DNA of 63,161 nucleotides, counting the filler, from Diploschistes diacapsis (taxonomy: Eukaryota): the NCBI GenBank assembly GCA_023645945.1. It is 20 parts of 20 records of this genome, joined end to end, with 100 filler letters (N's around TTAATTAATTAA, not from the genome) between each part and the next. Parts side by side here need not be neighbours in the genome. Positions count along the whole stretch, not along the records: positions 5,239 to 25,013 come from JALAIB010000361.1; 19 more parts are not named here. One strand, 5' to 3'. Shown here in pieces: positions 11,463 through 23,759 of this stretch; the stretch's first letter is position 1; the number at the start of each line of letters is the position of its first letter. The translations under genes were made by a program, and so were the position numbers. The notes beneath the pieces are model-generated. The model was not told the DNA's origin. It did not search any database and saw nothing but the letters and a program-made list of their open reading frames with translations.

Positions 11463-13034
11463 ATGTACGAATATTCTAGGGAGAAGTTTGTCCCGGCAGC
11501 TATGTCTTTGCGCCGTCTGCTGCCGCGGCATGCAAAGGGCTACCTGTGGATATGTTTCTTGGTATTAGTGTTTGGATCAATGATCTTGTCTGACAACGGC
11601 TTTTCTCCCTATAGCATCCTTACCGCACCATTTGCAGAAGGTTTCTATGATACATTCGACCACGGGCCCGTGGAAGCCAATGTGCACTCGGTAGCGAGCG
11701 ACCCAGTGCCTCCGGTCGGTCGGCCTCCGCTGCCATCCACTGGCATACCTCGGCCGGCGGAAGAAGTACGCAAAGGAGTACCGGTGGAAGGGCAGGGAAA
11801 AGCTTTGGTATTTGGCAGCGGCGCTACCACTTTCACACCAGATGATATCGTCATTCTTTTCAAAACCGGCGCAACCGCACTATGGCGCCGAGTCCCCATC
11901 CACCTCTCTACATCCTTCGCCAACTCCTCCCTCGTTCCCAACGTCATCTTCTACTCTGACAACTCAGACCACATCGCGGGACGCCCTATCGTTGACGTCC
12001 TGGCCAACGTCTCCTCCACCCTCAAAGCCCACCCGGACTTCGAGCTCTACCACAAAGTTCAAGAAGCCCACCAATCCAATCTCTACCTTGAAGCCGCAGC
12101 AATCGATGGCGACTTCTACCTCCCCGGTGGCTGGCGGCTAGACAAGTACAAATTTCTGCCTCTAGTCCAACACGCCGCGGCCAATTACCCAGGCAAGAAA
12201 TGGTATGTCTACATGGAAGACGACAACTACCTCTTCTGGCACTCGCTCTTCGCCTGGCTCGGCACCTTCGACCCCTCCACCCCTCTCTTCCTCGGCTCCC
12301 CCGCAGCTCGGCTCGGTGAAGACTTTGCCGGCGGGGGCTCCGGCTTCGTCATCTCCGGCGCGGCCCTGGAAGCCACGTTTGGCGGCCACCCGGACCTCGC
12401 GGACAAGTGGGAGTCCTACGCCCAGGAGCGTTGCTGCGGCGATCAGGTCCTCTCGCACGTCATGGCCGAAATGGGCGTTCCGCGGGACCGCCGGTACGAC
12501 AACACGGGCTGGGCTGGGCTGCAGGCGCTGCCGACGTGGAAAATGGGATTTGGGGAATGGAATTGGTGCAGTCCGCTGTTCAACGTGCACAAGACGCACC
12601 AGGCCGATGTGTCGGAGCTGTTTGTCTTCGAGAGGAGGTTCCAGCAGATGCACGGGGAGCGGGCGGTGCTGAGGTACAGTGATTTATTTGTGGAGATGGT
12701 GCTGCCGTATCTCGTGGCGGAAAGGGTGGAGTGGGACAACGAGGCGAGCCAGAAGTGGTTTGCGTCGGGGTCCGAGGATGCGGAGGCGCTGGGGAAACTG
12801 TCGAAGGCGGAGAGGGAAAAGAAAGCTTGGTTCTCGGCGAAGTCGTGCAAGCTAGCGTGCAAGGAGTGGGAGGAGTGCTTGACTTGGAAGTACGCGGATG
12901 ATAATTGTGGCTTGGCGAGCACGGTGTCGAGAGGCAGGAAGGTGGATGCGGGGATACTGATGAGGAGTGGGTGGATGATGGGGAGGATCGAGAGGCTGGC
13001 GGAGGGGAAGGACTGCAAGGGCTTGGGTTACTGA
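11463..13034 (+). CDS. Second GT31 glycosyltransferase with PAN/apple-like C-terminus
   Basis: TM anchor; ILFKTG, LDKYKFLPL, WYVYMEDDNY, FAGGGSG, CCGD, WCSP motifs; CKLACKEWEECLTWKY..C. Paralog of the 9034 gene. Start could be 11310, 11463 or 11502. Confidence 0.88.
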   Translation: MYEYSREKFVPAAMSLRRLLPRHAKGYLWICFLVLVFGSMILSDNGFSPYSILTAPFAEGFYDTFDHGPVEANVHSVASDPVPPVGRPPLPSTGIPRPAEEVRKGVPVEGQGKALVFGSGATTFTPDDIVILFKTGATALWRRVPIHLSTSFANSSLVPNVIFYSDNSDHIAGRPIVDVLANVSSTLKAHPDFELYHKVQEAHQSNLYLEAAAIDGDFYLPGGWRLDKYKFLPLVQHAAANYPGKKWYVYMEDDNYLFWHSLFAWLGTFDPSTPLFLGSPAARLGEDFAGGGSGFVISGAALEATFGGHPDLADKWESYAQERCCGDQVLSHVMAEMGVPRDRRYDNTGWAGLQALPTWKMGFGEWNWCSPLFNVHKTHQADVSELFVFERRFQQMHGERAVLRYSDLFVEMVLPYLVAERVEWDNEASQKWFASGSEDAEALGKLSKAEREKKAWFSAKSCKLACKEWEECLTWKYADDNCGLASTVSRGRKVDAGILMRSGWMMGRIERLAEGKDCKGLGY

Positions 13035-13578
13035 ACGGGCTTGAGGCATGCATTTCTCGGACTATTCCCTGATACTGTGGATTGAGGGTCTTGGTCGTTC
13101 ATTTTGGGACGGCGGGGGGCTTCATTTGCTTAGGCGCTGCCTCGTTTGTTTGGTGTAAATACGCCATTGTCTAGAGACAGACAAGCATTCCATGGCGTTT
13201 GAGGTCCAAGCTTGGGCGGATAATGACAGAGTCTGTAAGAAAAAAGGTATCGGGAAAAGCGCAAACACGGCCGAGGACATTATGGGTGATCTACTTATGA
13301 ATAGAGCTTGAGGTAGCATAGAGAATAGGGAAAATACACGTACGGAGGCGACATTTTCTGACTGATTGGTTGAATGATGAACGGGTTGCTATTGGGCTCT
13401 CTCTCTCTCTCTCAGCCCTGTGGGGTTTCAGCCTAATTAACACAATGGGCGTCAAAAAACTTCCTCAAACATTTACCCCATCACTTACTCTCGAAAATGC
13501 AAACCATTTGCTCATGAATCCCCTCTTCACCCGTCAAGTAGGAGAATAGTCGGACATATTCAATCCCCGGGAGGCAAA

Positions 13579-13845
13579 ATGTCACCAAGGTGGGGTTCCA
13601 TCACTCCAGAGCAGAACGACGGCAAGATGTCCCCAGCCACCAGCAAGCAGAGCGACGGCGACTATCAGCGTCATCACTCACGAGAACGACGACGTGAGGG
13701 AGAGCGTCAGGACCGGTATGGCAAGCAGAAGGTTATGGCGCACCGAGACTGGATATGTTCTGTCTGTGACACTCACAACCTGGCTGTGCTTTCGCCTCTC
13801 GCAACATGTGAGCATTACAGAACTCCTGAGGACCGGCAGGCGTAG
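13579..13845 (+). CDS. Small hypothetical ORF with partial RanBP2-type zinc-finger-like motif (may be a remnant)
   Basis: DWICSVCDTHN...C after an R/E-rich stretch; the second CxxC is incomplete. Confidence 0.3.
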   Translation: MSPRWGSITPEQNDGKMSPATSKQSDGDYQRHHSRERRREGERQDRYGKQKVMAHRDWICSVCDTHNLAVLSPLATCEHYRTPEDRQA

Positions 13846-14882
13846 TGTGGAACATGTTCCCTAGTAAGGGGTGGACCATCGCAATAGGAAGTGATGATTC
13901 GGCTCAGCCTCACTTTGCCGCCAACAGCGGAGGTTCTGCCGCTGAAGGTCAACAGCCGATGACATCGACACCGTTGAGCAGACTCACGATCAACCTTGCT
14001 ACCAGGCTCTTAAGCAATTGAGAAAATCTCAACCCTGGGAGTACGTTCCGGAAAGAACGTCCACAGCGTGAGAGCAACCAAATCAGCAATATTTTCGAAG
14101 AGCAAGGGAGGCCCTGAACTGCTCCAAATTCTTCTCGAGTACATCCGGAGCGCAGACTAGGGCAACCTACAAGTACTCAACACTCTTTCGCTCTATTGAG
14201 ATGCGTGGACGCCTCATTGCCGCCATACCAAGGCTGTTATTACCGCAGGAAATATTGCTTCAAGATACATCCGGAAATGCCTCTGCTGCGCTGGCTGTGG
14301 TGCAATTCTGTAGCATAACTTTCTACAGAGCTACGCCGGGGTATTAGGGTGCACGGAGAGTCAATCATATAGGCAAATTTGTGATTGCATTCAGCATATT
14401 TCTATACCAGATATAATACAACTCGACTCACTTAAACAGACAAACCATCTAAAGTTGCTTATCATGTTGTTTATGCATTATTGTCGAGATCTGATCTACG
14501 AGCGCTTGTAGAAAGGGATATTAGCGCCAGCACTAATAACCTGAACTGAGATAATAATATTCGAGCAGCGGTTCACGGTAGGAAGTGCTTGTTGCTCGAC
14601 TATCCTGAGCCACCAGCAAACGCCGAAAATTCTTCAAAAGTCACAGTCCTCGGGTGTTCACATCAGACAACATGGATTAGGATAGGTGGGTGGTCGATTT
14701 GGGCGCTAATGCGCTCCATATCTAAGAGCCTCGTTGTGCCCGATTAGTTCACAGCCTTCCCCGTCCACAGAAACATGGGAACTTACTGTGAAACGCTACT
14801 AGACCTTGCTACGACTTCCTTTGCTTTGCTAATATATTCTTTTGCCCATCTGACACCGCGAAAAAAATACCAATGCCGCTTC

Positions 14883-17307
14883 ATGGATATCACCAGCCCT
14901 CGAGTTGGCCTCTGGAGAGACTATAGTCGCGGACCTCTGGACCAATGGCAACTGCTCATACCAGACTACTGGGCTCAGTGGATACTGGCTTTTGTCGCGG
15001 TATGGCTGACCCTCAGTACCCGCTATCTGGGTAGAATTCAGTGTAATGCTATCGTTTGGCTTTATCTGAAGTGGACTGGTGGTGGCAGCGGCAGTGGTTC
15101 TGGAAATTCTAACGCTCAAAGATCTGGACAAACTGCGGCATATCTTGAGCAAGAGCACTTACTGCCGAATGCAACGGATCGGCAAGATTATGGTACAAAT
15201 CATGCGTCCAACCGTGAGCTCCATGGTGGATTAGGGAGAAGTAGTCCGGAGTCCCGCGCTAATGCCACATCGCAACCGCGCAATGCCTCCGAGACTGCTC
15301 CAATTTCATTACCAGACGAACAACGGCCCACTCTCGGCGATAACTATGCTCCTAATAGTACGCCACCAGAGCAGGATGAGCCAAGGGACTTCATGGTTAG
15401 CGTGCTGGAAAGCTCCGAGAGCAACCGCCAGATTGTGTGGAGGTTCGTCAGACATGCGTTCAAGGAAGGCTTTGAACCCTCACAAGCTACTGGAGTGGTA
15501 TTCGTCACATCAGTGCTTTTCGGGCTCTTCATCGCCTGGGTCATCGCGGGCCTGTTCTCCGCAAGGATCGCGACAGACCGAGCAGCGCTTTCATCCTCCA
15601 CAACCTGCGGAATCTGGCAGTTCGACGATGAAGATGCGGGTGACGAGGCGGCTTACCGTGACCAGCTTCACGATTATCACAAGGAGGCAACTGCTGGACA
15701 ATACGCTCGAAACTGTTACAATGGCACGGGAGAGGACTCTGCAGCTTGCAGCATGTTCTACCAGCAGAGCATCCCTTACTACGTGAAACGTCTCCAAGAG
15801 TGCCCTTTCAGTGCGGAGCTCTGCGCCAAAGGCCTCTTTACTGCACTTGAACTGGATACGGGTCAAGTCGATGCCATGACAATCTGTGTCAATGCTCGTC
15901 CAAGTTTCAAGTTCCGTCGAAATACGGTATGCTCCCCGCTCAACATGAGTAGTGAGTACATTAAGCAGACCATGGCCTATAAAAATGTCAGTACCTACAG
16001 GTACTACTACGGACCTACAGAGCATGCCAAGTATACATTTGAGACGACAGGTGATGCATTCCAATGGCTGGATCCAGCGTATTCGGTCAAGTGAGTCCCA
16101 ATACTTTTCTTTTACAGCACATTCGCAGCAGAATAGAACCTTGCATGGCCTAAATGGTTCACAATCGTGATATCTTCGGCACCTAATTAATTTTGAAACT
16201 TGATGGGGTTTGAAAAATGTGTTTTGAAAAGAGCCCCATTGGCTCTGAGAATCTAAAGCTGTTGAAGATTCGGCAACGCTACCCATGTCTTCCCTTATTC
16301 AAAGTCATATCCCTTAGGACCAAGTTTCAATCGTGGAAGGGTGTCTACTGAATAAGCCCAGCATCTACTTCTCCTCCAACTACCCCGAGCTCGATTACTG
16401 GCTCCCCCGCCCCGAGCTCCGCAGCTCCCCCTCCACCTCACTATCCACTTCCACCCTAACCATCATCTTCGTCCGCTCAATGCACATCTACCACACCAAC
16501 CCGAGTTATGACCCCATCTTCCCAGCTCATGAAGCCAAATTCTTCCCCAACGACAACGAGCCCCTCTACTACAACTCCGACCCCCGGGCGCGCGTCTTCG
16601 CCTGCGTGGACGCCACCACCCTCGCCTCCCCATCCGGCGACGAGTCCTGGCCCCTGACTGCTCCCGCCCCTGCTTCCGTCCACGTCGGCCCAGCCTACTG
16701 GCTGACCAAATGGTCCCTGGAATCCTCCACCGTCTACGACGCCCTAGCATGGCGTCTCGGCCGCGCCCTGCTCGCGCAGGAGAGCATCGGGCAGTCCGTC
16801 GCTTCAGGTCAGTTGCACGCTTCGCGCCAGTGGGAGGACGAGGCGGAACATCTCTTCGCCACCTCGCTGGCGCGGATCCAGTTCGACGCGATGGCGATTG
16901 CGACGGGGGCGGGTAGGGAGAGGCCGGGATATAGAGACATGACGCCCGACGAGGGGAGGGGGAAGCTCTGTGGGCTGTGGAAGTTCAAGACGGTGGGGTA
17001 CACGAATGTCAATGTGGTGACGCTGGCGGGGTTGGCGGCGGTTTTGCCGGTGGCGGCGGTGCTGAGCTCGGAGTGGGGAAGTGTGACGTGGGTGTGTGGT
17101 GGCCGTTGTGGAGGGAAGAAAGGGGGATGGGAGAGACAGTTGGTGATTTTTGTCCTGTTTCAGGAGGGGTGCCGGGTGCTGGCGACGGGCGGAAAGTGGG
17201 TGGCAAGGCCGGTACTCTGGCTTTTTCGCAGGCTGTGGGGTTTGTGTGCCGGGTCGATGGGTCGATGGCGATGCCGCGATGGTGAAAGCGAGGACCATGA
17301 AGCGTAG
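14883..17307 (+). CDS. Uncharacterised multi-TM fungal protein with Cys-rich luminal region (intron 16091-16361)
   Basis: ORFs 14775 and 16333 join in frame through a GTGAGT...CAG intron. TM segments at the N-terminus, middle and C-terminus. Start could be 14775 or 14883. Confidence 0.75.
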
Positions 17308-17644
17308 TCTAGGCATGCTGGATTACGGAGCTGCCTTCAGTTCGAGGCGGTCCGGACATGAAAACTCTGTCCCGCTTCTGGGATGAAAGTTTGAGATCGA
17401 TCAACGACATCATCCGGTTCGCTCAGCAATTGCCAAAGTAGCTCTTGTATTACCATATGGTCAAATGTCACTATGAGGTTTTATTGTAATGCCTCAAATG
17501 TATGTTTTAGGATTCCATGAGGCTTTGCCAGAGCTGCAGATTCGCAATATATACACAGCCACTGCCCCGTTCGCGGGATCCTACAATGCTTCGCTAGAGC
17601 TATCAAGTCACAACATGTACACAAGCAACCGCCCCGCCCCGATC

Positions 17645-18495
17645 CTAGCACGCCTTGCCCACCAGCACCGCAGCCGTGTCACGACTGGACACGTTAGCCA
17701 CACACCCGCCCTGCACACAGCCCAGTCCCTCTCCCATCCACACTTCCCTAACCATGATACGCCGACCCCCCCAAAGGCCCGGCACCTCCATCCAGTTCGC
17801 GACCTTCTCCACCGTCCCATTCCCCGGATTCAGCATAAGCACCAGCCTCCCCCCTCTGCAAAGCCCCAGCCACGTCTGCTTGAACATACAGTCCGCGTTC
17901 GCACCCCACTTGTACGGCTTCGCCGGCGTGCCGTAGACGGCGTCCTGGCCAAACGCCAAGCAGGTGCTCATTCTTCAGCAGCGCGACATTCTCGTCCTCG
18001 CCCGCTAGCTGCGCGATGTCCGTGCCGATGAGCACCGGGACTCTTCATGGCGGCCTAGAAGGCGAGGTCGACGCTGCCCAGCCCGAGGGAGTTTCTCGTC
18101 CAGGATGCGCGTCACGTCCGTCCAGGCCGGCTTGATGTCGTTGCTCGTCCGCCACGAGATGTCCGTGTCCCCCCCCCGGGATGCAGAGCGAAAAGAGGAT
18201 CTCGTTGGGCTTGCCGGACCAGCGCCTCGCGCATGCGGGTGAAGCGGATGGCGCTGTTGGACGTCGTCCAGTCGTAGGCCGCGGGCGCGAGGTCCGGGTC
18301 CAGCTGCGTCGTGCAGGTGCCGTTGGCCGGTCGTGCTGACGTAGTAGTACCGGTCGCAAGCAAGCGACGTACTGATCCGTCCAGTTGGCATGGATCTTGG
18401 TCTCGAGGCCGTCGATGCCGTCGGGGAAGGCTGTCGTGTTGGGCTTCAAGTGGCCGTCTGTGCGGCCCGTCTTGTTCGACCAGCAGTGGTTGTTA
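17645..18495 (-). pseudogene. GH27 alpha-galactosidase pseudogene
   Basis: Fragments in different frames: HCWSNKTGR..PNTTAFPDGIDGL, SWRTSNDI, AAMKSPVLIGTD, AFGQDAVYGTPAKPYKWG, VREVW.GEGLGC. Deletions and frameshifts; DDCW motif is mutated. Confidence 0.85.
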
Positions 18496-18779
18496 AAATG
18501 ATAAGTTGGGATCCCATGATACTCTAAATGGTGCTGACTTTACGCTGTTAATAAATGAACTCCAAGGTCTCAATTCAAACTAGCTTGATACGCGTAAAAG
18601 TTTTGTAGAAGCCTGCAAATCTCGGCATGCAGATTCAACAGTCGTCGAGGTTGAGGTAGGTGTACGCATTTCAAGTATGTATTCCAAGTATCCAACAGCG
18701 CGACCTAGGATCTAAAAGCCAACGACAAAGAATCAGACGTCTCTATTGACTTGGATACTCCTTTGGACAACTTTTTTCT

Positions 18780-20037
18780 CTACCTGCCTCGATCCCCGCT
18801 GCTCGCGAAGCTCACATTCGGGCCCAGTGGTGGCAGAGTAACCAGGCTCCTATATAGGTTTGGTTTGGCGTGACCGCGCTGCATCATCCACCAAGCAATT
18901 CTTAGAGCCGTTGAATCTATGATAACCGCTAGGATCCACGCCCTTGTTCCTGCCTCTACTGCCCAAGAGAACATCGAGCGGAAGCTGCTATAGAGGAATC
19001 CAACAATCGCAGTCTGTAGCAGGGGTGACATAACTGGCAGGCAGGCGGCTACGATGGAGGAACAGGGCTTCGATACGAGCCCACAGCGTGTTGGCGTTGG
19101 CAACTTCCAGTTCGCTGTGCCAGCTGCTGTATGACTGTGAACTTGCTCTTTTCCCTACAGGTTGCTGTATTCGGGGGTTTTGATAACATATTCCGGATTG
19201 TCCGTGACTGCTATTACAAGCACACTGCAATAGAGCCGAGCCACTCACGTTGCCAGACAGCTCGGATAGGTGTCAGTTGTAATGGCTAAGTTTAAGTGAT
19301 TGAGACCAACAAGAACTCACAAAAAGCCCTAGCCAGAATATTCCTATCAAGTAAATTTTCCTCTTGAAACTGATCTGTAGATTTTTGATTACAGGAAGAG
19401 GAAGTGAAAGGACAACGAAATCGAGGAAGATATCGCAAGCCGCTTGCGTGATACTCCAAATACCGAAGTCTATAGTTGTATGACCCGATTCATTCCAGAA
19501 ATTTGACACTGGGGAGGCGGAAAACATTACAGACTTAATATCAGGTTAGAAAACATGTCTCGGCATTAATATTGACACTCACTAGAACGGTAGCAATATG
19601 TGAAGATCCGTCTGTATAACAGCACGACTGATATTTTGATTAAGCCATAAGTCAAATGATCTAGCATTATATCCGCACAAAGATACTAAGAAATCTATCA
19701 GTTCAACCAGTGTTGTAAAGAGGTATGGAGTAAGAATACCTTGAAGTATTCCACCTCAACCGCAGGCGTCAACGTAACTATAAGCTGTCCGACCCCCGCG
19801 TTGATAGTGGAATACATGCAACCGATGTTGTCCGCAATCACTATATTCTAGTATAGTGAGCAGTGAAGGATACTGTTGGCGGTATATCATGCCAAAGTTG
19901 CCAGTATGGTCCAGTCATCTGCTCCAAAGGCAAGATTCTTAACGCGGCGAGCTGAGAAACGAGCAGTGACTGGCAACCGCTGCCGTTATGGGCAGCACAA
20001 TGCTAGTAACGATCATAGGGATCTGGAAGGACTGCAT
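18780..20037 (-). pseudogene. PTH11-like / fungal rhodopsin-domain membrane protein pseudogene
   Basis: ARFSARR...FGADDWTILATL, DIFLDFVVLSLPLPVIKNLQISFKRKIYLIGIFWLG, PCSSIVAACLP. Frameshifts near 19972 and 19070. Confidence 0.8.
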
Positions 20038-21189
20038 CGCTAACCCATTGGTATCCAAGAACAGAGACTTGCGACAGATTGAACAGGTCAGAAAGGGAGA
20101 AACAAAGGAGCATCCTGCGATATTCCCACAGGTCGATGCTGTATATTAACAAATTCCGTCTTTCCAGCTTCGCCACCTTGGGCCTCTTGGACTACAAGCA
20201 AAACCCCGTTGTGTAACCGGCTGAAGTGCGTGACAATATCTAAAGTTTTGAGCATCGTCTTTCGATTAATGGTCGGCTGCTTTAAGGCTCCCTCCCATGG
20301 AAATGCGAGGCCTAAACAGTGGTAATTTTAGCACCCAAGGAATGTGGAGAAGGTTAAATCTAGCCCGTCCACTGGGTGATAGGGTAAAGGCTGAAACATC
20401 CCGCAATTGTCTAGCTGCTATGTATTGTGAAATATTTGGACTTCAAGACGATGCGCTCTCCAACACTAAATGGTGGCTGTGTTCCTAAAAATCACTCCGG
20501 CGTAGTCCGAGTAAATCCTGTGACCCTCTCGAGAATGCGATTACCCCGTACTTCAGAGGTAGTACATTGATTGCATCAATAAGCATCACGGCCTGGAGGG
20601 TAGTAACTCATCAGCCGAACTTCGCCTCGCCTGGCTTCTCTAGCTTGTGGAGAACATCTTGTGCCATACAGATACAGATACGAGCACATTCACGGTAGGT
20701 ATGCATGCTTTATTACACTTACTTACCTACGTCGTGGCAATCCGAGTGGCAGCTTAATGGGTAATGGCTGCCTTGGAGGGCGTTGCATGCTTCTGGATTT
20801 TGATGCAGCTGAGACTGGCCGAGTTAAAGATGTGTTCGACAGCCCGAATCTGCTGTGAGTTACGCGCTCCTGTCCCGCCCATTCGATCCTCTATTATAAT
20901 AATCTGTGCTCTAATGTCCAAGGCGCTGTGTACACCTAAGCCAAGCGCACGCGGACAGTTCCATCCGGTATAAGCGTTAACGAGTTCCATGTTGACTTCG
21001 TGGAGGGTACAACTAAGCCTCAGGAATTCCTTGAAAATTGCATGTTGCCGAGCACACACACTTTGGTTTGCAGGGAGAGTTCTGTATCCTCCAACATAGC
21101 AGCAAGCTTTTCCTGATGGAGCTTACGATCTTCCTAATCTTCTCTCGCGCTTTACTCTTGTCGTATTCATTGCAAACCAATAGCCAAGA

Positions 21190-22130
21190 TGGTTGCACCG
21201 AGAATATCCCAAGGCTCATGGCGTATCACCATGACTTCAAAGAACCCACAAAAGGCGTCGTTGAGCACACTGCTATATCCAAGCAGATTGCCGAAAACCC
21301 TCTCATGCAAGACTGGATCTTTTTCGTGACTACCGAATAGTGGCGATCTGCTCCTCGCGTTGTCGATGCCATGGTCAAATGGCCTGGCTCGCAAGAGCTT
21401 GAGCATACTGGTTGGACGCTCGCAAACGAAACAACCCTGCCGCTCGTGCAGGAAAATCATGAAACATCCTCAACGCCTGGCGCGTATGCTAGGTGCCATG
21501 CAGATGTCCGAGCAGGGAGACGGCCTCGAAATCGACCACTTCATCGATAACTTCGACTGGACTGGCGGGGCAGACTTTCGTGAATGTAGGCGGGAGCCCA
21601 TGGCTCCGCAGCTGTAGCTGTGGCCAGAAGGTATTCCTCCATCCGTCGTGCTGTCCAGGATCTCCCGTTTCGTGCTGGCAACTGCAAAGGCGCCGGAGGA
21701 CGTTTCGGACCGCGTCGAGCTCATGCCCCAGAACTTCCACACACTGCAGCCGATCAAGGCTGCGGACATTCATTTCTTGCGCTGGATTTTGTACAATTGG
21801 AGCGATAAATTCGCTATCAATATACTACGCAACCTTATCCCGGCTTGGAAAAAGGGCGCCAAGATCATGGCCAACGAGTTCTTACTTCCAGAGCCCGGCG
21901 TGCTGGATTACGGTAAGGCATGATACAAGTCAGAGCTTTGTTTTTCCAACAGCTGATGTACATTGCAGCAACTTTGACCTCTTAATGAAGCAAATGATGA
22001 ATGCATAAGAACGGGAGATAAATGAATGGGTAGCGCTATTTGCAGCGGCTGATCCAGGCTATAACTTGACCAGTGTCCAAGTCCCTCGAGGTTCAAAGCT
22101 GGCAGTCTTGCAGGTCGTATGGGAAAGAGA
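21190..22130 (+). pseudogene. Fungal SAM-dependent O-methyltransferase pseudogene (5' limit uncertain)
   Basis: FKEP..GVVEHTAIS, FVNVGGS, QNFHTLQPIKAADIHFLRWILYNWSD and EWVALFAAADP motifs. In-frame stop at 21338 and several frameshifts. Confidence 0.85.
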
Positions 22131-22787
22131 ATCTTTATGTTCGAGTCCTCTCATAAGAATTCTACAGGGCGTTTGAATAGGGGGTAAACACGAAATCTGG
22201 CTCATCAAAGGGTATCGCCAAAGCTTTCCCGTAAGACCGGGTTTGATGCACCTGATGTTCCGAGCATTCTCCAGCATTTATTGACCACCTTGCCCTAGAT
22301 TACTTGACCATTCGAGCATCGTAATAGATTAAGTAGATTAAGAACAGCCGAGTAACACTACCGAGAACCCAGGCATAGGCAAGCCTTGATACTAGTATAT
22401 AGAGTGGGCTCAGCGGTACTAAATTGGCGTTTTGCAATATCACACTGGCCTATGTGGCGATCTTATACGGATTCGCGCACCATAGTAAATACAGGGCTGC
22501 TGATAATTTTTTACATTATAAATGACAGAAGCTCTACTCGATCAAGAGCAGGTCCAGCATATAACTCAAAGCAAGTTTTTTAAGTGTTCTCGATGTATGT
22601 CGAGTCTAATATGGTGGACCTACCATAATGTGTCGGCAAAATAATTGAGTCAGCCCTATATTTGTACGGAGAGTGAGCGGAGCAGGTAGTTGCTCCTGAG
22701 TTAAACAGGGCGTATTTTGATATTTCACCATTTTCATGGGCCATCAGCCTCGCAGATCCCAATCCCTCAACATTTCCTTTTTGCGCG

Positions 22788-23490
22788 ATGCCTTTCTCAC
22801 TGCCAACTAATCCCCCCGCTGCAAGCGACGAAGACTGCGCCCTCTGTCACGAACCTCTTCTCGTCCCTCGCAGCAACAACGGGCAGCCCTCGTACCTTAT
22901 CGATGACGTTGAATTCCGCTGCAAGCATCACTTTCACTGGTCCTGCATTCTGGAGTATTCCATCTCCTCGTACGATGCACGCAATCGCTGTGCTCTTTGT
23001 AAACAGAGCGTACTTGATCCCCGAGGCGAATTTATCGTCAAGGTACGAAACGAAGATGGGGTTACCACTGGGTTTGATTTCGGTCATGAAATCGACCGAC
23101 ATTTGTTTTACAAGGCGAGTCTCGCAAAGGCAGCTACAAATTTCCCAAACTTCCATTCACCATGCATAGGCCAATCCTGAAGCTGAAAGAGCGACGACAT
23201 TCCTGTCTTTGATGTCGCAGATGGAATTCTCAGACGCTGAGCTATTCCTCAAAGGCGAGGATCCAGATGCCGGTGGAAAATTGGACCCTAATGTTTGCTA
23301 TGACGGTGGTGGAGTAACAGCTCTGCATATGGCCGCACTGAATGACGATGTGGAGGGGATTCAATTACTTCTAAAATATGGCGCAGACAAGGACTTCAAG
23401 TCAGAAGACGGTCAAACGGCACTTGACATGGCTAGGGAGGCACACTCGGAAAGGGCAATTGCACTGTTGACACCTTATGGAAAAGAATAG
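22788..23490 (+). CDS. RING-H2 finger plus ankyrin-repeat protein, about 215 aa (GC-AG intron 23115-23169)
   Basis: CALC...CKHHFHWSC...CALC; GVTALHMAALND..LLLKYGAD, GQTALDMA. The intron joins the two ORFs in frame. Confidence 0.8.
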
Positions 23491-23759
23491 AAGAAGGTGG
23501 CGCGATCGAAAGTCAGGCTTCGTTCAACAATCTAAGGGCCCATCCTTTCGGGAAAAATACATTGCTCTATCCAAACATTATTCAGAACTTGGACTGAAAT
23601 CAATATCGTCTCAATAACACGCAAGTCGATAACATGCTAGACACATAAAGGGCAGGATCACGTCAGCGTTGCCACGGCTCGACAGCCATGGAGGAATCGC
23701 ATATGTTTTGCTATGTATAATAACAAGTTTGGAATCGCTCATGGTTACTGAGGAGCTTG

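Noticed and set aside
19273..22130. O-methyltransferase plus PTH11-like gene as an active secondary-metabolite cluster
   Set aside because: Both are pseudogenes and no PKS, NRPS or terpene synthase is present on the contig.
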